From contig CAZJUB010000014.1 in NCBI GenBank assembly GCA_964549075.1, positions 1-49,795 of the forward strand: 49,795 nucleotides of DNA. The letters run 5' to 3'. Of this stretch, positions 47,443 through 49,795 are shown piece by piece. The notes under the pieces are model-generated. The model did not search any database and was not told the origin of the DNA. It was given only the letters and a program-made list of their open reading frames with translations. The stretch is from an uncultured archaeon (GTDB taxonomy: Archaea > Asgardarchaeota > Heimdallarchaeia > Heimdallarchaeales > Heimdallarchaeaceae). A program made the position numbers and the translations under genes. The first letter of the stretch is position 1; each line of letters starts with the position of its first letter.

Positions 47443-49044
47443 CTAGTATTTACCCCTTAACCATGGCATTGCTTCTCTTTTTTGCATTTCTAAATACTCT
47501 GAAAGTCTAGTTTCTAGTCTGGTAAATCCATAACTATTACATTTCCTGATAGCTGTATAATGAAAGACTAACCCAAGAGGATTACCATTTCTATAAACGC
47601 CTATTTGGATGAATGCTTCCATGAATAAGCGTAATTCGAGGACTTGAATCTGATCAAGCTTTCCTTCATATTTTCTTAATAGATTAGAGATTTCTGTATA
47701 TCTCTTTAGTGAGTGTAGTTGTTGAGCAATTAGTAAATCAGCTAATACATCCTCAATAAAGGAAGTTTTGCTTGTTTTTGTTCTTTCAGTTAATACATCA
47801 ATACGCTTATTCAAACTCCTCATTGAAGTTCCCTCTCTATTTCTTCCAATGAGAACGAAAAGTATTAGATGCTTAACTCTGTTAATACTATAATTATCTG
47901 TTTTTAATAATTGTTTGATTTTTGAAGAGTCTAGATTGGCATTAAGTATGAATTCACTCAATAACATAAAGTCACTGTAAAGAGTTTTACTTCCATTATA
48001 TATCTCGATTATTAATTCGCTCATTTTTTCAGGATTGAACTCTTTTAAACGAGAATACACATAGAATTTATTCAAATTAAGTGTATGACAAATCTGCTTC
48101 TTTGTGGCTGAATCAAGATTCTTACTGAAGAGTTCATCCTTAAGGAGCTTTTCAGCTTCAATTATCATACCTCTAGTTTCTTCTATCTTTCCTTGAAGAG
48201 CCTTAACAGTAGTAATGAATGAATGCATTACAAGATAATAACTAAAGTAGATGCTCACTCTATATGTATTTTTAAAGAGATTATATGCTTTTTCAAAATA
48301 AGTTTCAGCAAATTTAAGATCCAAATCTAACATAAATCCTAAACCCACAAAATAGTAGAGAAGTGCCTTAATGTCCTTTGGGAGATTATCAAAGAATGTT
48401 CTATTTTTAACAATTCCTTTACACATTTCTAGAATTTCTTGAGATTTTTGTGTTCTTGTATAAATAACTATTAGTAATGATATTGATTGAATAAAACTCC
48501 TATAGAATCCATTCTCATAGAAGTACTTTGAACAATTCCTCAAGATATCAACAGATACTAAATCATGATTATTTAACCATCTATCCGAAGCATAAGAATA
48601 ATTACAGATGTTGTATGTATAAGAGTCTACTTTATCTAGTTGATTGAGAATTTTTACAGCTTTATCTATTTTCCTGCTACTTAACTGTCTGTTTCCTTGT
48701 ATAAATTCTAGATATCCTTCAATTTGTAAAGAGAGAGCAATTCCTTCAACATAGTCAATGCTTCTTGCATACATAGTCATTTCTTTTAGAAGTTTCTTGA
48801 CCTCAAGTAGATTTTTTCGTGAATGATAGAGTTGTTTTATTTTTAGTTCATATAGATTTGCAATCAGTTTATTATTGGATGAAGTTTTACAAAGATCAAG
48901 AACAATATTGAGAATGTTCAAAACCTCTTCTGATTTCTCATTAGCGCATAGAATCCTTAATTCCATCAAATTCGAGGAAACAATGTCTTCATCTAATTTC
49001 TTTCTGAACAAATTAGTAATTTGCTCCACATTCATCGTTTTCAT
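47443..49044 (-). CDS. Hypothetical alpha-helical (TPR-like) protein
   Basis: 533 aa; helical repeats such as YYFVGLGF...AETYFEKAY. Confidence 0.65.
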   Translation of the reverse strand: MKTMNVEQITNLFRKKLDEDIVSSNLMELRILCANEKSEEVLNILNIVLDLCKTSSNNKLIANLYELKIKQLYHSRKNLLEVKKLLKEMTMYARSIDYVEGIALSLQIEGYLEFIQGNRQLSSRKIDKAVKILNQLDKVDSYTYNICNYSYASDRWLNNHDLVSVDILRNCSKYFYENGFYRSFIQSISLLIVIYTRTQKSQEILEMCKGIVKNRTFFDNLPKDIKALLYYFVGLGFMLDLDLKFAETYFEKAYNLFKNTYRVSIYFSYYLVMHSFITTVKALQGKIEETRGMIIEAEKLLKDELFSKNLDSATKKQICHTLNLNKFYVYSRLKEFNPEKMSELIIEIYNGSKTLYSDFMLLSEFILNANLDSSKIKQLLKTDNYSINRVKHLILFVLIGRNREGTSMRSLNKRIDVLTERTKTSKTSFIEDVLADLLIAQQLHSLKRYTEISNLLRKYEGKLDQIQVLELRLFMEAFIQIGVYRNGNPLGLVFHYTAIRKCNSYGFTRLETRLSEYLEMQKREAMPWLRGKY

Positions 49045-49299
49045 ACTTTAATCCGTAAATTGATATATAAACTAGAGAAATTTTAAAAGGGGAAACTATA
49101 AAAAAATGAAATTTTGACGAAGGATTTAATTTGGTGTCCACAAAGGTGGCAAAATGCCTTCGTCTCCGTCTTCAGGATCATATCTTTCTATATACATCAT
49201 ACTCAATCTTCGGAAAGGGTTATTATCATAGTTTGAGTAACTTATTAAAGCACCACAAGAAAAAAAGTGACAACAGTATTAATTTCAAGAGTTTATTTT

Positions 49300-49795
49300 T
49301 TAATGTCTCATTGTCTTGTTCTTGTACATTTTTTCATATACTTGTTTAATTTGTCTTCTACTAGCCATTTTAGCACCTATATATGCTATTAATATAAACC
49401 AAATCATTATTCCGAACAAGAATGCTAAGTAATAACTTAACCTTGTATAAGGTACCAAAAAATATCTTGTTATTATAGATCCAAAGTACGTACCAAATAT
49501 CGTTCCTGGAATTGTTTGTAATAAGATGGACCTTGCTGAAATCCTAGAAATTTTCCTTTTAGATATACCTAATTTGTATAGTAGTTCGTAATCACTCCTA
49601 TAGCTTAAAACATACAAGAAAGCAAATATTATGATTTGTAAAGAGAAAATTAAGAATAACAATCCACCTAAAATTCCATATACTGATGAAAAAGCTATAT
49701 ACTCTCCCATATTTTCTTTTAGTAATTGATCCATTCTCTCCATCGTATATCCATAATCTTCAAGTATACCAGATACAATTGATAATTCTATTAAA
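49300..49795 (-). CDS. C-terminal part of a FtsX-like ABC transporter permease (runs off the window edge)
   Basis: TM helix, R..Y.LL.KLGISKRKI, G...G...G, TM helix. Confidence 0.7.
   Translation of the reverse strand, partial: LIELSIVSGILEDYGYTMERMDQLLKENMGEYIAFSSVYGILGGLLFLIFSLQIIIFAFLYVLSYRSDYELLYKLGISKRKISRISARSILLQTIPGTIFGTYFGSIITRYFLVPYTRLSYYLAFLFGIMIWFILIAYIGAKMASRRQIKQVYEKMYKNKTMRH

Overview
AT-rich chromosomal segment of an Asgard archaeon, most likely Heimdallarchaeia-like. This is inferred from a Rab-like GTPase, roadblock, gelsolin-domain and Urm1-like genes and a divergent EF-2 paralog sitting among archaeal core genes. The core genes include the rps19e-PDCD5-rpl39e-rpl31e-eIF6-rpl18a-pfdA-ftsY cluster, EF-1alpha, AglB, both PolD subunits (the large one with a 540-aa LAGLIDADG intein), topoisomerase IA, TgtA, rps10, three CCA-encoding tRNAs, and cdc6 with a probable replication origin (one canonical ORB). 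Signals not shown by the ORF track: (1) a probable -1 programmed frameshift (U UUU UUA then UAG, followed by a hairpin) that would fuse a MoxR AAA+ ATPase to its VWA partner; (2) a box C/D guide RNA predicted to methylate C34 of tRNA-Leu(CAA); (3) a probable ATC start codon for the PAPS-reductase-family gene; (4) three copies of a 35-bp palindrome (ATCTTACCAC-N15-GTGGTAAGAT) near the origin; (5) about 10 TTCAC/GTGAA boxes around the ORB; (6) an orphan T4-gp19/eCIS-type tail tube gene; (7) a structured leader upstream of EF-1alpha. All assignments are by eye from motifs; no searches were run.
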